Below are positions 22,714 through 37,586 of a stretch of DNA of 64,000 bases, in pieces. Position numbers and translations under genes: made by a program. Position 1 is the first letter of the stretch. Each line of letters starts with the position of its first letter. The notes below the pieces were generated by a model, which did not search any database, was not told the DNA's origin, and saw nothing but the letters and a program-made list of their open reading frames with translations. Origin of the DNA: Ministeria vibrans ATCC 50519 (taxonomy: Eukaryota > Protista > Filasterea); assembly GCA_943704425.1 (NCBI GenBank), contig CALSCP010002362.1, positions 21,053-85,052 of the forward strand. Direction: 5' to 3'.

Positions 22714-23860
22714 TTACAATTTCTTTCCTTGAACTCGAAAGTCAAACGAGTGAGTCCCATCGCTCTCGACGGACGCGTACAAGCGCGTGCCTTGTCGAAC
22801 ATACTCGCAGGTGAGGGGAAACCAAGCGTTGACGGTGGATGTTTGGTTGTGCCAGTCGTTGTGAGCGAGACGGGCAAGTCGGTTGACGGACGCCTGCACG
22901 TGAAAGGTGGCGCTGTTGGCCGAGCGAGAGGAGCCCTTGGGGTAGAGCGAGAAGGTGAAGTTGCCATCGTAGGGCGCCGTTGTCACGTAGTCAGTGTATT
23001 GAAAGGCTGTTGTGGAGCCCACTTCAGGAATATCTGCAAAATATATAAACAAAACGCGTAAGTTGATTACGCACCTAAATTGGTGCATAGCAACAGATAC
23101 CGTCGTCAACTTTGAGCTCCGTGGGTGGCGCTGGGGGCACGGAGCGTGAAGTGGCACTGATGGAGTACGATTCGCTGTCGCCAATGCCCTGAACGCCCAC
23201 GTAGAAGGTGGCGTTGGCGTCGGGACCAGCATGGTCAATGTGCACGACGGACGGGTAGCCCGTGATCGCACCCATGGACCAGTCGGACACGCCGTCGACC
23301 GGTCGGTACCCAAGCCCCACCCATGTCCACGCGCCGTACTGACTCCCGCCTAAACGGTGTGTGTGTGTGAGAGAGAGAGTGAGAGAGAGAGAGGAGGGAG
23401 AAAGAAACAAAGTGATAGATAGATAGATAGGAGGGAGAGAAACAAAGTGATAGATAGTTAGAGAGAGAGAGAAACAAAGTGATAGATAGAGAGAGAGAGA
23501 GAAAACCAAAGTGATAGAGAGATAGAGAGAGAGAGAGAGAGGAGGGAGAAAGAAACAAAGAGAGAGAGAAGAAAGAGAGAGACAATTGACAGTTGACTTT
23601 TTGTTGTACCTGTGATTGTGGTCGTAATGTCAATATTGAGCCATGAGCTTACATTGAAATAGTAGTAGTTGTACTGCAAGGGGCATACACAAATGAGGTC
23701 CAAACGCTGAAATGAGAGCAAATTCAAAGTGTACCGCATTGAATTTGACGGATCCCGTCAACACACTGCCGTCGAGCGGAAGGAGCGTTGTATCGTCACC
23801 GCGACAGGGCGATAGGATTGCAAGGGTGGAAACAAGGAGTATCAAGCAAAAGGAGTTCAT
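22714..23860 (-). CDS. Secreted hypothetical protein with beta-sandwich-like domains (multi-exon)
   Basis: Signal peptide MNSFCLILLVSTLAILSPCRG; YNYYYFNV, ATFYVGVQG..YSISAT, RLYASVES resemble PPC-like modules. Confidence 0.6.
23365..23582. repeat. Intronic (AG)n microsatellite interspersed with GAAACAAAGTGATAGA motif
   Basis: Direct reading. Confidence 0.9.
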
Positions 23861-23897
23861 GCTTTATATATAAAAAAGTGGTGTATTTGGAGAGTGA

Positions 23898-25274
23898 TCA
23901 ACTGTTACAACTCCACTTTGAGTCTTCAGTGTAACACACAATGTACGCGCCCCAGGATCCAATGGGCTGCCCAAAGTGGGATACGCAGTTACAGTGCGAG
24001 GCGTTGTCGTTGAAGGTGATTGGGCGCGGAATGGAAAGAGGATAGCAGGCGGGCTGTGTCCAGTTGCCCAGGGGTAGACCAGTGTCGGCGGAGAAGGCGT
24101 ACTCGGTGAACCAGCTTTCGCTGGTTGACGAGAAGGTGTTGGTGACGAGTAGGTTGGAGTCGCCCATGAGGTTGAGAAAGGGCTGGCGTCCGCCGCACGG
24201 GACTGCCTTGGACGTGCGGTAGAGCTGCTCGCCCGTCGTCGTGTTCCAAGCGAGCAGCGTGCAGTCAAAGTAGTAGGGCATGGCAAGAGTGTCGGGTGCG
24301 GTGAATTGCAAAGGAGCGTAGCTGCCACTGCTAGAGAAGCTGGGGAGCGCGAGCGAGCGGGGCAGACGCTCACCCGTGTCACTGGCAAATAGCGTAATGT
24401 AGTTTGTCCGTCCCGATCCCGAAGGCGTAGTGATAGCCAGGAGGGTGTCGGAGACGATGGAGAAGACGGAACAAGGACTCGCGCGTGGCTGAGTGTAGTT
24501 GCTGGCCCAACGAGGGGCACCCGAGGTCAGGTCGAAGGAGAGAAGCTGTCGGTACGACATGGCATGGAGACCGTCGGGGTTGGTCGCTAGCCAAAATACG
24601 TAGTCGTCAACGGGAGTTTCCCATCGCTGGACGCCTGTCAGGCTGTCAAAGGCGACAATGGACGACGAGAAGACTCCCCAGACACTCTGGTTGGTGACCT
24701 TTGCGCCGTACACAGTGCTGCCGTCGGGCGAGAGTGCGATCGGGAAGGGCCCACAGTTGACGAGTGACGGCCAAGGGATGAGCAATGGCTGGGTCCACAG
24801 CAAATGGCCTGTTGCCACATCGAGCGCGTTGACGCCGATGGTGAAATTCGACGACGAGTACGCCAGAGTTGTCGTCGTCAGCACAATCTTATCGGACACC
24901 AGCAGAAACGCACGCGTCGCCGTGCTGCCATCTTCCGGTACCCATCGCCACTGAAGCTCGCCAGAGTCCAGGTTGAGAGCAAGCACGGTGGGATTGGACA
25001 GGCCGTTGGAGTCGACGGTCGCGGTTGCGGATGAGTTGTCAAAGTAGAAGTACAGACTGGTTGCGTCTGCCGCCATTGTCGTGCCACCGGGCGCGTTCTC
25101 TTGCTTGGGCGTCTGGAACTGGTAGGCAAACCCCCCATTGGCAGGACACCCACGTGGCGCTTGGCCTGTGCCCAGCGGTCCGGTAGGTGTCGGCCAGGGA
25201 AGTGACGCGTGCGCGAGGGTGAGAAGCACCGATGTCACCAGCACAGACAGCGCAGGAGAAGTGCAGCCATTCAT
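23898..25274 (-). CDS. Secreted PQQ-like/BamB-type beta-propeller protein (intronless)
   Basis: Signal peptide; blades ALNLDSGELQWRW, ALDVATGHLLWT, AFDSLTGVQRWE, SFDLTSGAPRWA, AWNTTTGEQLY, AFSADTGLPLGNW. Confidence 0.8.
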   Translation of the reverse strand: MNGCTSPALSVLVTSVLLTLAHASLPWPTPTGPLGTGQAPRGCPANGGFAYQFQTPKQENAPGGTTMAADATSLYFYFDNSSATATVDSNGLSNPTVLALNLDSGELQWRWVPEDGSTATRAFLLVSDKIVLTTTTLAYSSSNFTIGVNALDVATGHLLWTQPLLIPWPSLVNCGPFPIALSPDGSTVYGAKVTNQSVWGVFSSSIVAFDSLTGVQRWETPVDDYVFWLATNPDGLHAMSYRQLLSFDLTSGAPRWASNYTQPRASPCSVFSIVSDTLLAITTPSGSGRTNYITLFASDTGERLPRSLALPSFSSSGSYAPLQFTAPDTLAMPYYFDCTLLAWNTTTGEQLYRTSKAVPCGGRQPFLNLMGDSNLLVTNTFSSTSESWFTEYAFSADTGLPLGNWTQPACYPLSIPRPITFNDNASHCNCVSHFGQPIGSWGAYIVCYTEDSKWSCNS

Positions 25275-25429
25275 ACTGCGAGTGTGTGTTGTGTAATGTA
25301 GCAGGAGTGGGTAGGGAGGCTGTCAGACTCACGTCAGACTTGAGAGGGAGTGAAATGAAATAATATGATTTCAGAATTCTCAATTCAGATAATCAGATTT
25401 AGTCAAACAACAAATTTTATCATTCCGCT

Positions 25430-27984
<2,555 letters not shown>

Positions 27985-28067
27985 AGAATATACTCATCGC
28001 CACTTTGGACACGATCATGTGAAAAGAACAAAAAGAAAACAAGTTTTGCATTGGGTTGTTTGCGCCT

Positions 28068-29943
28068 TTACTTCTTGACAGCGCCACCAGTCGTACCCAG
28101 ACCACACACGGTCTTGAACGAATCCTAAAAGAGAAGAACCATCCAGTCAGAGACCGCGAGAGAGAGAGAGTGAGAGAAAGAAAGGAAAAGGAAGGAGAAG
28201 GAAGGGAGAAAGGAACAAAGTGATAGAGAGAGAGAGAGTGTGTGTGTGCGTATAAAATTCAATTGTCATTTCGTACGTAGATGTACCACTGAAGACCAGT
28301 GAGCGTTCCGATCATGATGATGCGTGTGCCCAGACCCGCTGTCATGAGGTTCTTCATGCCAATCTCGCCTGCGATCTGGCCAAAGCTCTTGCCCTGGTTC
28401 GCTGGCTTGCCAATTTGCGACACAAGGTTGTCGGCAGGGTGCGAAATGATGGCACAGCCCACGCCGGCAATGTAGCCTGACAGGAAGGTGATGCCCAGCT
28501 GCGTGCTCTTCGAGTACGAGTCCTTGGGCTGCGTGAACACGTTACCGTAGAGCGTCTCGACGACCGCCTGGAACAGCGCAAATTTGGCCATGGTGTAAGG
28601 GATTTGCCTGCTCCAGAGGGGCACGAGCGAGCCAAAGGGGAAGCGCGTCTCGACCTTCTTGGCCGACATCATCGCCAGAGCGGGGCCCAACGATGTGGGC
28701 CACGCGCCCGTCGGCGAAGTCTGCACCTTCACCTTGACCATCTCCATGGGGCACAGTGCAATGTCAGCGAAGAACTGAAAAGAAAAAAAAAGGGGGGGTC
28801 ACGTTTTAGTCTTGGATTATTTTTATACTATCATAAAAAAACAACACACACCTCGGCGCTGGCACTGGCCGCGAGCCAGATGATGGCACGGTACTTGGTG
28901 GCGTTCTCCTCGCCAGCCATGTTGGCGTAGACGTCTTTGAAGACCTCGTAGAAGCCAAACTTGAAGAATCCCTGCATCGAGTAACCTACATAAAGTGAGA
29001 CAGAAGGAAGACATCCGCTTAGTAAATGTACGCACACACAACATCAACAACAAAGTGCATTTCAGTGTGTACCGATGAGAGTGGGAGCCCATCCCTTGAC
29101 GAGGTTGGCAACGCCACCCTCGGACGAAATGACGCGCAGAGAGCTGAGCAGACCCTTGTACTTGCCGGGGTCAGTCTACAGGGAAGAGAAAAAAAAAAAA
29201 AGGTCAATGTCATCCCAAATTGTCGGTCAAATTCTCAAGGGATCGCTGAAGGAAACGGGTGGGGAACACTCACTCACTCACCTGCATGTTGCACTTGGCC
29301 ACATCAAGAGGGGTGACAGCCTAGAAGGTGGACAGAGACAGTTAATATGATGTTTGTTGAGTCAGAGCGACACACAACCGTATGAGAAGAGAGAGTATGA
29401 TAGCACTTTCTATGACTTACGGTGTGTGTGAGGCCGCACGAGAGAATGCCGCCCAGCATACACTTCATGTAGTAGTCGGTGGTGTGGGGAATGGGGCCGG
29501 CGAAGCGCGAGTCCCATTTGGGCTCTACAGAAAGAAGAGATTGAGATTTTTTTGCATTGTCGTCGTCAAACGTCAAGCGCGACTGGCTTTGAGTGAATCC
29601 GCACTGGGGATCATACAAAACGGTGTAGTCTTAATCGTATGGGCTGCAAATGCTTGTAAATAGAAAGCGCGACATTTGTCAACGAGACATGAAACGGTTT
29701 TTTTTTTTTTTCAGGACACATTCGATGCACGTGGAAAAGCAAGATGGAGCGTCGTGCGTGTGCCCATACGCGGCTACACTCTGGCGACCGTCTGGCTAGT
29801 CCCCTTGGCGCAATGTCTGCGTGCATACCGGCGGCGGAAGGGACGTTGATGGGACGGCTCGACGGAGCCGCGTTGGCGACGGCGACGTTCGAGCGGACCA
29901 GCGAGGGCATGCCAAAGGGGTTAGAAGAGGCCAGAGAAAGCAT
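28068..29943 (-). CDS. SLC25A3: Mitochondrial phosphate carrier (multi-exon)
   Basis: GGILSCGLTHT, VTPLDVAKCNMQ, GYSMQGFFKFGFYEVFK, ADIALCPMEMVKVKVQT, LVPLWSRQIPYTMAKF, GLGTRIIMIGTLTGLQWYIY. Confidence 0.95.
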
Positions 29944-29962
29944 CTTGTCAATATTTTCAAAA

Positions 29963-30397
29963 ATGTGTCGAATAAATTTGATAATTGATTTTTGTAATTT
30001 TGTTGCCTTACTTGTGACGAGTGCGTTCGCTCGCACGACTCGACTGCTCATCGTTGGCGTAAATGACGGTGGTCCTTCCGGCCTTGCGACGGCGTTTCAC
30101 TTGACAAACCAGCAGTCGACTTCTTTTGAGGTTGAAGTGGCGACAGTCGGGTGGAGGTTGGGCGGCAAATGTCACACCGGTCGAAACGACACAAGTGGCT
30201 TTGGTATGCGAATTGAAGAACACGGTCTACATGCCACGTTTGGTTGGTACGACAACACATTTGATATGCTTCGACAAGTGTACCATGAAGCGCCGTGGCC
30301 CTCCACTACCTACCCTTTGACGAATTTGAGCATGGCAATGCGGGAGAATCGTGCATTCTTGAAGTATTCCCAAGAAAAAAGAAATACAACCCATTAA
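29963..30397 (+). pseudogene. Truncated flavin/NAD(P)-binding oxidoreductase (phytoene-desaturase/amine-oxidase-like N-terminus)
   Basis: LLIVG(VND)GGPSGLATAFHLT, GWRLGGKC, RIEEHGLHATFGWYDNTFDML; only the N-terminal ~145 aa, ends at AT-rich repeat; Gly motif interrupted. Confidence 0.65.
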
Positions 30398-32097
30398 TGA
30401 TACAGTCACCACGCGAAGACACAGCCAGACCGCCTTGCAAACTCGACCGAAACTCTAGAGGTAACATGGGAGAACAGTGGCAGGTCATAGTGCTGTGTCG
30501 ACGCTATAACCAGTGAGGCAATCGCAATGGTACGTCATACAGTGGAGGCTTCAGAAAAAAGAAATAGAAGAAATTAATTTGAAAAAAGAAATAATAATAA
30601 TAATAATAATAAAATAATAATAATTAAAATTTTCATTATTGTAAAAGTACAACTCTCGATTCTCTATTAATTATTTTCCTATTGTAAAATTAATAATTAT
30701 TATAAAATTAAGAAGAAGAATACAACCCATTTATTAATGAGCATACAGTCATTAATAATAACAACAAAATACAAAATAACAAAATCAAACCAACTATTAC
30801 AAATTAAAGGAAAGGGGTACGGGGAAAAGCTTGGTTTCCCCCTATTACAAATCAGAGAAAAGGGGTTACTAGGTTGTCCAATTAAAAAAAGAAAAAAAAC
30901 TATTATACAGCGTTACTAAATACTTTAACTTTACTGTTATTCTACTACCTATACTCTAAAGAGGTTACTAAAGTGGTTACTAAAGGTTACTCAGGTTACT
31001 AAAGTATCAGGAAATCCACCAGAATACATAGCTCCCATACTGCCTCCGTTTTCTTTGCGACCCAAACTTTTGCAACTTACTCCTTTGTATATAGTTTTAT
31101 TATGCGTTCCATGTTCTTTATTATTAATTGAAACATAAAATCCAATAACATTTGTTATTACCGCTAATTGGCAACTCTGATGAACCCATGTTGCCATATC
31201 GTCGAAGTCGGAAACAACTCCGACCAAGCGTGGGACAAGCAGGACTGTCCAGTTGAGTGGAAATGCTAAAGAAACCAGCGTTTGGGGTGTCGTCATCCGA
31301 GTGGAGAAGGGTACATCGCCCTGAAACCGAATTAGTCAGATCAAATACCAGTTCCTTGACTCCAAATGAATAGCACAGCATCCTGTCAATGCTACATTCA
31401 TCGCTAGATGGAGCAATACCAATGGAGGCATTCGAGAGGAACATCGACTCTTGAACAAGTGGCGAAGGACCATAGTAAATTCGGTTGCCATTTGAGCAAA
31501 AACGGTACATCGACCTCCAGTCTTTGCCAAGCTTTTCTTCCTCAAGTTGCTGCACTTTGGCAGTCAGTGACCCCACAGTTTGAGTCAGACTCTCCATTTG
31601 AGCCAAGATATCCGTGCTGTTGACAAAAACACTGCCGTTTTCCGCAGGAGAAATAACGACGTTGCCATCGACGTTCTCAATAGTTGCAACCTCGGAGGCA
31701 TCACTACTCAGACACATGACGCCCAAGAACAGGGCGGAAATCACAAGAACCTGAGCGTAGGACGGATTCTCGGTTATTTCTGCTCCACTGACTGATTTCT
31801 CGGAGATTTCTCACCTTGAAATGCATAGTGACGACTACTCCGTACTTCGTACGGAGTACGTGGTAGGCGGTGGTACGTTCGACAAGGCAGAAATAACGTT
31901 GTACTCTTAGGGAGAGCAAATTATCTGTTATTCAACACCTGATTTTACAGTACTCCTCGTAATGAATTAACAATTATTATTGATTCAACAATAATAATTA
32001 TTATTAGAAGAAGAATACATCCCATTTATTCATGATACAGTCACCAGATCTACAACAAAAGCACAAGTGCAATCGCTATCCAGTGAGGTAATCGCAA
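30381..32097 (+). repeat. Dispersed direct repeats flanking the 31124-31826 gene
   Basis: aataca(a/t)cccatt...atacagtca at ~30381, ~30718, ~32013; gctat..ccagtgagg(c/t)aatcgcaat at ~30502 and ~32075. Confidence 0.7.
31124..31826 (-). CDS. Small secreted protein with cubilin-N-like/coiled-coil N-terminus and Cys-rich C-terminal domain (2 exons)
   Basis: MHFK|VLVISALFLGVMCLSSDA via gtgaga..ctcag intron; IENVDGNVVISPAENGSVFVNSTDILAQMESLTQTVGSLTAKVQQLEEE. Confidence 0.8.
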
Positions 32098-32703
32098 TTA
32101 TTATATTCAACATCAGTAAATTAAAATTTTCTGGTTAATTATGAATAATTATGTTTTAGTATTTTTTTTTTCTTGGGTAGGGGCTTTGACCTTGCGGAAT
32201 CGATGAGCGGCAGCTGGGTACGCTACCGTATCCCTGCTCCCGATTGGTCTTTTATCAACAACCCTCTGATCGGGCAGACTACAGACTACTATTGTGACAC
32301 CCTGTGGCGAGAGCACTGCGCCCACTCCTCCCAAGTCATTTTGCCGCACTTGTGCCGACTTTGCTTGGTCACTACCTCTCTGCTGCCTGTGCTTATCTCC
32401 TCCTCAAGGAGTTTTCTTTGAAGCGCATATGACAGCTTGGATGTCAAAAGCAAAGGCGGACTCCCGTAACACTCCTTGGTTGCATCTTGCAGAAGAAGTC
32501 AGCGCATTCTTTCTCGCTGTCTTTCGTGGGCTCGCACGAGAGAGACCAAACCGAATTAACCGATTCATCGATCTTGACCCTTTTGAGTTTTGACTTGAGA
32601 GACTATGATTTCCAACTATTTACATAACAGCTGACATTATTTTTTATTACTTTTTCCCCCCAAAAGTTTTCTACAAAAAAGAAGAAACAAACCTTCGTCC
32701 AGC

Positions 32704-34686
32704 ATGTCCTGGCTCGAAACCCTGAGAGATTTCGCATGGAAGTCCAAGAATACAGTTGCACACACACTCCTACGCGCAGCTGTGCCGCTTCCGCCCCCGG
32801 AGAGGACAGTCAATGTCCTTTCGCGAGCGCTCGCGACCTGCCCGGTATCGGACGAATTTGTTGCGCTCGTTGGCGGCTTTGCGTCGTCTAACATCGGTGT
32901 ATTGTTGGACGTCTTGCAAGAAGCGGAGGCGTTGCGTCGGATTCTAGAGAACTCGACCGACATGTCCAAAACTCTTTCGCAAACGCTTTACGCAATGTCT
33001 GCTGCCACACAAACCTTCCCGCTTGCTCTTTGCCTCCCTGACATCTTCGAGCGTTTTGCTGCCATCAACCTCTCTTCCGCTTCCCCCGACCAACGTTTCG
33101 TCGCGCTCAATCTGATAGCGACGATCCGTCGTTCTCTGGCACGCTCCCTCACAATGGGGATGCGAGATGCCCAGGGAAACTCAGCCGATGTGATGTTGTC
33201 GCTGGGTGGAGATTTCTCCGTCCAATGGGTGGCACGTGTTCTTGTCGACGCGATCAACACCGCCGACAAAGCGTCGCAAGCAACCACGTCAGGCGACGCA
33301 ATGAAGTCGCGAGTGTGCGATGCCATCGCTTGCAACGCTGTCAAGGTGCTCTCGCTGCTTGTATACAATAATGTACAATTGCAGGAGGAAGCAGTGGGGC
33401 ATGGGAATGGATGTTTGCTCGAGTACGTGGAGGGCATGCTGGCCTTCTTTGCGCGCGACAGTGCCATCCAAGAGCGGAGCTATGGGCCCGCTTCGGCCCC
33501 ATCGACACCTCTCGCGACCCACGCGGGCGACGAGGCGCCCCAATGGCCCGACAGTGCAAACACCGGTTTTCTGGCTGTGGAGGAGGCTTTTGATCCCATG
33601 ATAGGTCTGGTGTCCGAGAAGGAGCCTACCAACCGCCTTGGCGGCGGCGGTGGTGGTGGTTTTCATGTCCCGCGTGGAGGCCACAGTAAACCTGGCACAG
33701 TTCCCGTGTCTGTTCTCTTTGCGCCCTATCCTCCAGCACCATTGCGCAGCAGCAACGCTTATGCGCTCGACAACATCGCAGACTCAATGGAACGGTGGAA
33801 GCTCATCGTCTTAAAGGAACTGCTACACTTGGTGTCGGTGCTCGCATACCAGGTGCACCCTGGCGAGGACCGCTCGTGGTTGTACGCAAGTTCCCCAATG
33901 CAAGCGACAAGGAGCAGTGCACAGGATGCCCTGCTCGAGACGAACATCCCCGGTCATGTCAGTTCCATGCTGCATCTCTCTCTCCCCGTGCTCTCCCTCG
34001 ACACCATCGGCCTGCGTAGCAACACCAATGTGTACCGCTTTTTCAAGACGGCCCTGTCTGCCCTGGCCAACATGAGCTATAACTGCCGTCCCGTGCAGCA
34101 CCAGCTCGCTCGCCACACCCTCCTACATGGCATCCTGCCCCAGTATCTATTCCAACACTGCCTGGAGCTAATGCAGGCCACAACATGGCCAGACCTGGGC
34201 GAAGACGGTCAGAAGGCCATTGCCTCTCTAGTAATGAGGGGGGCCAAGCTCGTCGCCACTGTGTTTGCCAACCGCCCCGATCTTCAGCGACACCAGCTCT
34301 TCGACTGCCGTGGGTCGACCAAGGAGTTTAAACCTTTAGTTCAGTCGTTTCTAAACATTGTAGATCAGGTTGACTCTATGGTGGAGCAGGTGGAACTCGC
34401 CGGGAAACTCGTGGAGTATCTCTTTGTGGCAGTGCGCGAGCTCATTGGTGTGCGCAATGACAGTCGGCTTTCCGTGCTGCGGCGATTGCTGGTGCGGGCG
34501 TTGGCGCGAGTGGCCCGCACAGTTCTCCGTGACGCCACGAACAGTGAATTTGTTGCGTCCGTTGCATTGAGTGTTCGTTCGGAGTCAGGCGAGGCATATA
34601 CTGATGTTGATGTAGCCGAATCGCCCGTAGCGGAGTCAGTGTGTACGTGAGCCAAATAACCCCGGCTCTCATTTTATCGTTCTCAT

Positions 34687-34721
<35 letters not shown>

Positions 34722-35300
34722 TAGCAACGCAATGGGCGACTATTTGGCGAGAGTTGATGGATGCGACAAAGAGAAGCGAACGCGCCTGTGTTGGTGTGAA
34801 GAGGGCGTGCACAGAGACGCAACGTGCCATGTCACCCGCGCCACTCGAAGAATCTCTTCCACCTGTCAAATGGCTCGTCTCCTTCCTCCAGTCGCTGCCG
34901 CTGTCCCGAGCCAGCGACATGCACATGTATCTGGTTCACGGCAGCGCGTCGCAAAGTCGAGTGCGTCTCCTCGTGCGGCCACCCAAGGGAGGGTTCAAGG
35001 CGCTCCGCCAAGTTCGAGACAAACACAAGGATGATATTGACAGACTACTGTGCGGCATGGATGGTCTTCTCGTTGGGCAGAAAGAACTCCGTATCGACGG
35101 TGTTTCACTTGACCGTCTCATTCCACCGGAGCCAGTCAAGCCTCTTCCTCTCGGGAGAAGCTTTGAGGAGTTCGCACAGGTGCGGAGAAACACATTGTGC
35201 AAAATCACCTCGCCTTCTTACACATTCTTTTTTTGCTTCATCGTTTCAGATCTCACTAGACGCCAGCGCGGTATTCTCACTCAAAGCCCCGCTGTGTTAA
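32704..35300 (+). CDS. Hypothetical alpha-helical (ARM/HEAT-like) protein (~3 exons)
   Basis: 648-aa Leu-rich helical ORF, motifs VLSLLVYNNVQLQE and ALSALANMSYNCRPVQHQL; splices to 34723-35180 and a terminal exon ending 35300. Confidence 0.6.
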
Positions 35301-35818
35301 TATACCTCAACAAAAATATACTAATTAGTGCACAATATGTTGTATACTTATAATGGGTGCGACGATTCAATAAAGAGGTCATTTTACTGCACACTCGCGG
35401 CGCTAATTGCTCTCGCCATAGCATTTCAAGAGTGCCCATATCGCGCTGCCTGCAACAATACGAAAATTCCGCGAGTTTCAAGAGAAAGGCCATTATGATG
35501 ATATATATAGTACCTTCTGGTGGGGGGGGGGATTGAAATTTGTTGACGATGTCGCTGCTCAACGCAACAATCGCATCGTGGAGTTTTAGAATTTCTTTTT
35601 TGCTTGAAGAAGTGATTAGATTGGGTATGGGGGTATCCGTTCTCATTCCGGGCGCGAAGTTTATTGTGCCCACGGAACTTGCTCTCTCTCACTGAAATGC
35701 TTGCTCGAGATTGATCACGACCTAGGACACGATTATGAAAAAGATCACCAATGTCGTGGATAAGATGGCCAATGCCCCCAACCCCCTTGCGGACAGACCT
35801 TGCGGTTTTTGTGGATAG

Positions 35819-37382
35819 CTACAAATCCATTCGTCCGGAAGTGCGGAACGCGGAGACTCGCGACGCTGCCAAGTTGGTGGTGACGCGCGAGCAGTTCAAC
35901 TCCGCTATGTCACAATGGATGACTCGACGCCTGCAAGCGTTTTTTTGGAGACTTTGAATCACTTGCTCGCAATGATTGGCCAGCGCACGCAATTAATCAT
36001 TCAGCACGACACGTCGGTCATCGAGCGCGCGCTCAAGCAAGAGCTCCTGCCTCTGCTAAAACTCCGCATCGACCATATTCAAATAATTCAGGTGGACCTT
36101 GACGCACTCAATGCTGATTCGAGCGCGCTGACTAATTTGCAAATGGTCCTCCAGTCGCTCTTGGTGGATCTCAGCGACGACGCTCTTCATTCGCTCTATC
36201 TCATGACCAAGTCTCTCACGTGCCAGTACTCTGAAATTGCCACTCCTGTTACTGTCACCGTCTCGTCTACGGGATCGCTCAGCATTCGGTACCAGCTGCG
36301 CGAAATTCGCTAGCAACAAACACTCCTGGGAGGAGACCCACCGTGGAAGCACGTTCCCCTTCCGTCTTCTGCTTCCCCCCCAATTTCTCTCCTTGCCTCT
36401 CAGGCTTGCATCGGCCGCGACCAACACATCAACAATGAGAAATGCATCGGCGCTGGCAGGGAGCAATCCATTGTATATGCGGCCACCACCCGAGAGTTTG
36501 GAAAGCAGCCACAACACCAGCTGGCACTAGTCCACACGTCTCCTTGTCTCCCGCCAAAGTGTCCTTCATCGTGCCGCTTGGCTATTCAGGCACAAACTTG
36601 TTTTACAACGTTGGCATGAGTGATATTGATGTGTGTGTGTCTGGTGTGTCGACCGGCAACAACCAACTGCGTGTCATTATCAAGACGTCGGCCAACATGC
36701 GCATTATCGACGCAAGCGGGAGGCCCATTGAGCTCTCTGGAGAGCCTCGAATCTATGTCAAGGTCATCAACCTTGACTCATGTGCTGCGCTCAATGCTCT
36801 CCCAGTCAATTCCTTTCCCATTTACGGGAGTAGTACTGCCAGTTACTCGACAGTGGAAGCATCAAGTCACTCTCGTGCTGGTATCTTGTACCCAATTGAT
36901 GCACACGGGCGTCTGTCATGCTGTACAACCATCCATCTCGATTCACCACCTTTGAAGTGTCTGTTCTACAATCGGTCAACCAAGGCCTCACCATCAATCA
37001 GAGTTAGCAAAAATAATAAATTATATTAATAATAATATTTTATTGTCATATTTTTTTCGTCTTTAGGAAGCGAGCCATCGTTCAGCTGACTGTTAGCGGA
37101 ACAGCTTCTCCACTTGCTGCGGAGCCAGTGATCCCCGTTACTTTAGGTGGTACATCACTTCAATCAAAGCGACAGGATACAATACGTCGTTTGCGTGGGT
37201 ACACAAGCACCCCCGCACACAATCTGGGTGACAACGCAAGAAGAAACAAAAATCGGCTAACAGTTGAAATTGTTGCCCCGGGTGCTGTTGTTAGTGCCCT
37301 CCTACTCACTGGGGGTATTGTTTTTTGTTTTTTTGCAAAGCAACGCAAACGTCATTCACAAGGCCACCATCGCGTTAATTAG
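35819..37382 (+). CDS. Hypothetical multi-exon gene (boundaries uncertain)
   Basis: Coding-like consecutive ORFs 35915-36313, 36442-37029, 37128-37382 with plausible splice sites; no recognised motif. Confidence 0.35.
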
Positions 37383-37586
37383 CACCAAGAAAGAAAAACT
37401 ATTAACAATAAAGAAGAAGACAAAAACTTATCGCGGCATCAAAAGCGACACAGACCCCCTTTTTAAGCTACAGAGGAGAGTCAAGAGAGGAACCGAACTA
37501 GACAGATTAGCTGATGGCGAGACACATGGCGCAATAGACACGACATACACCATAGTTTTACAGTAATGGAATACATAAAATTTCAG

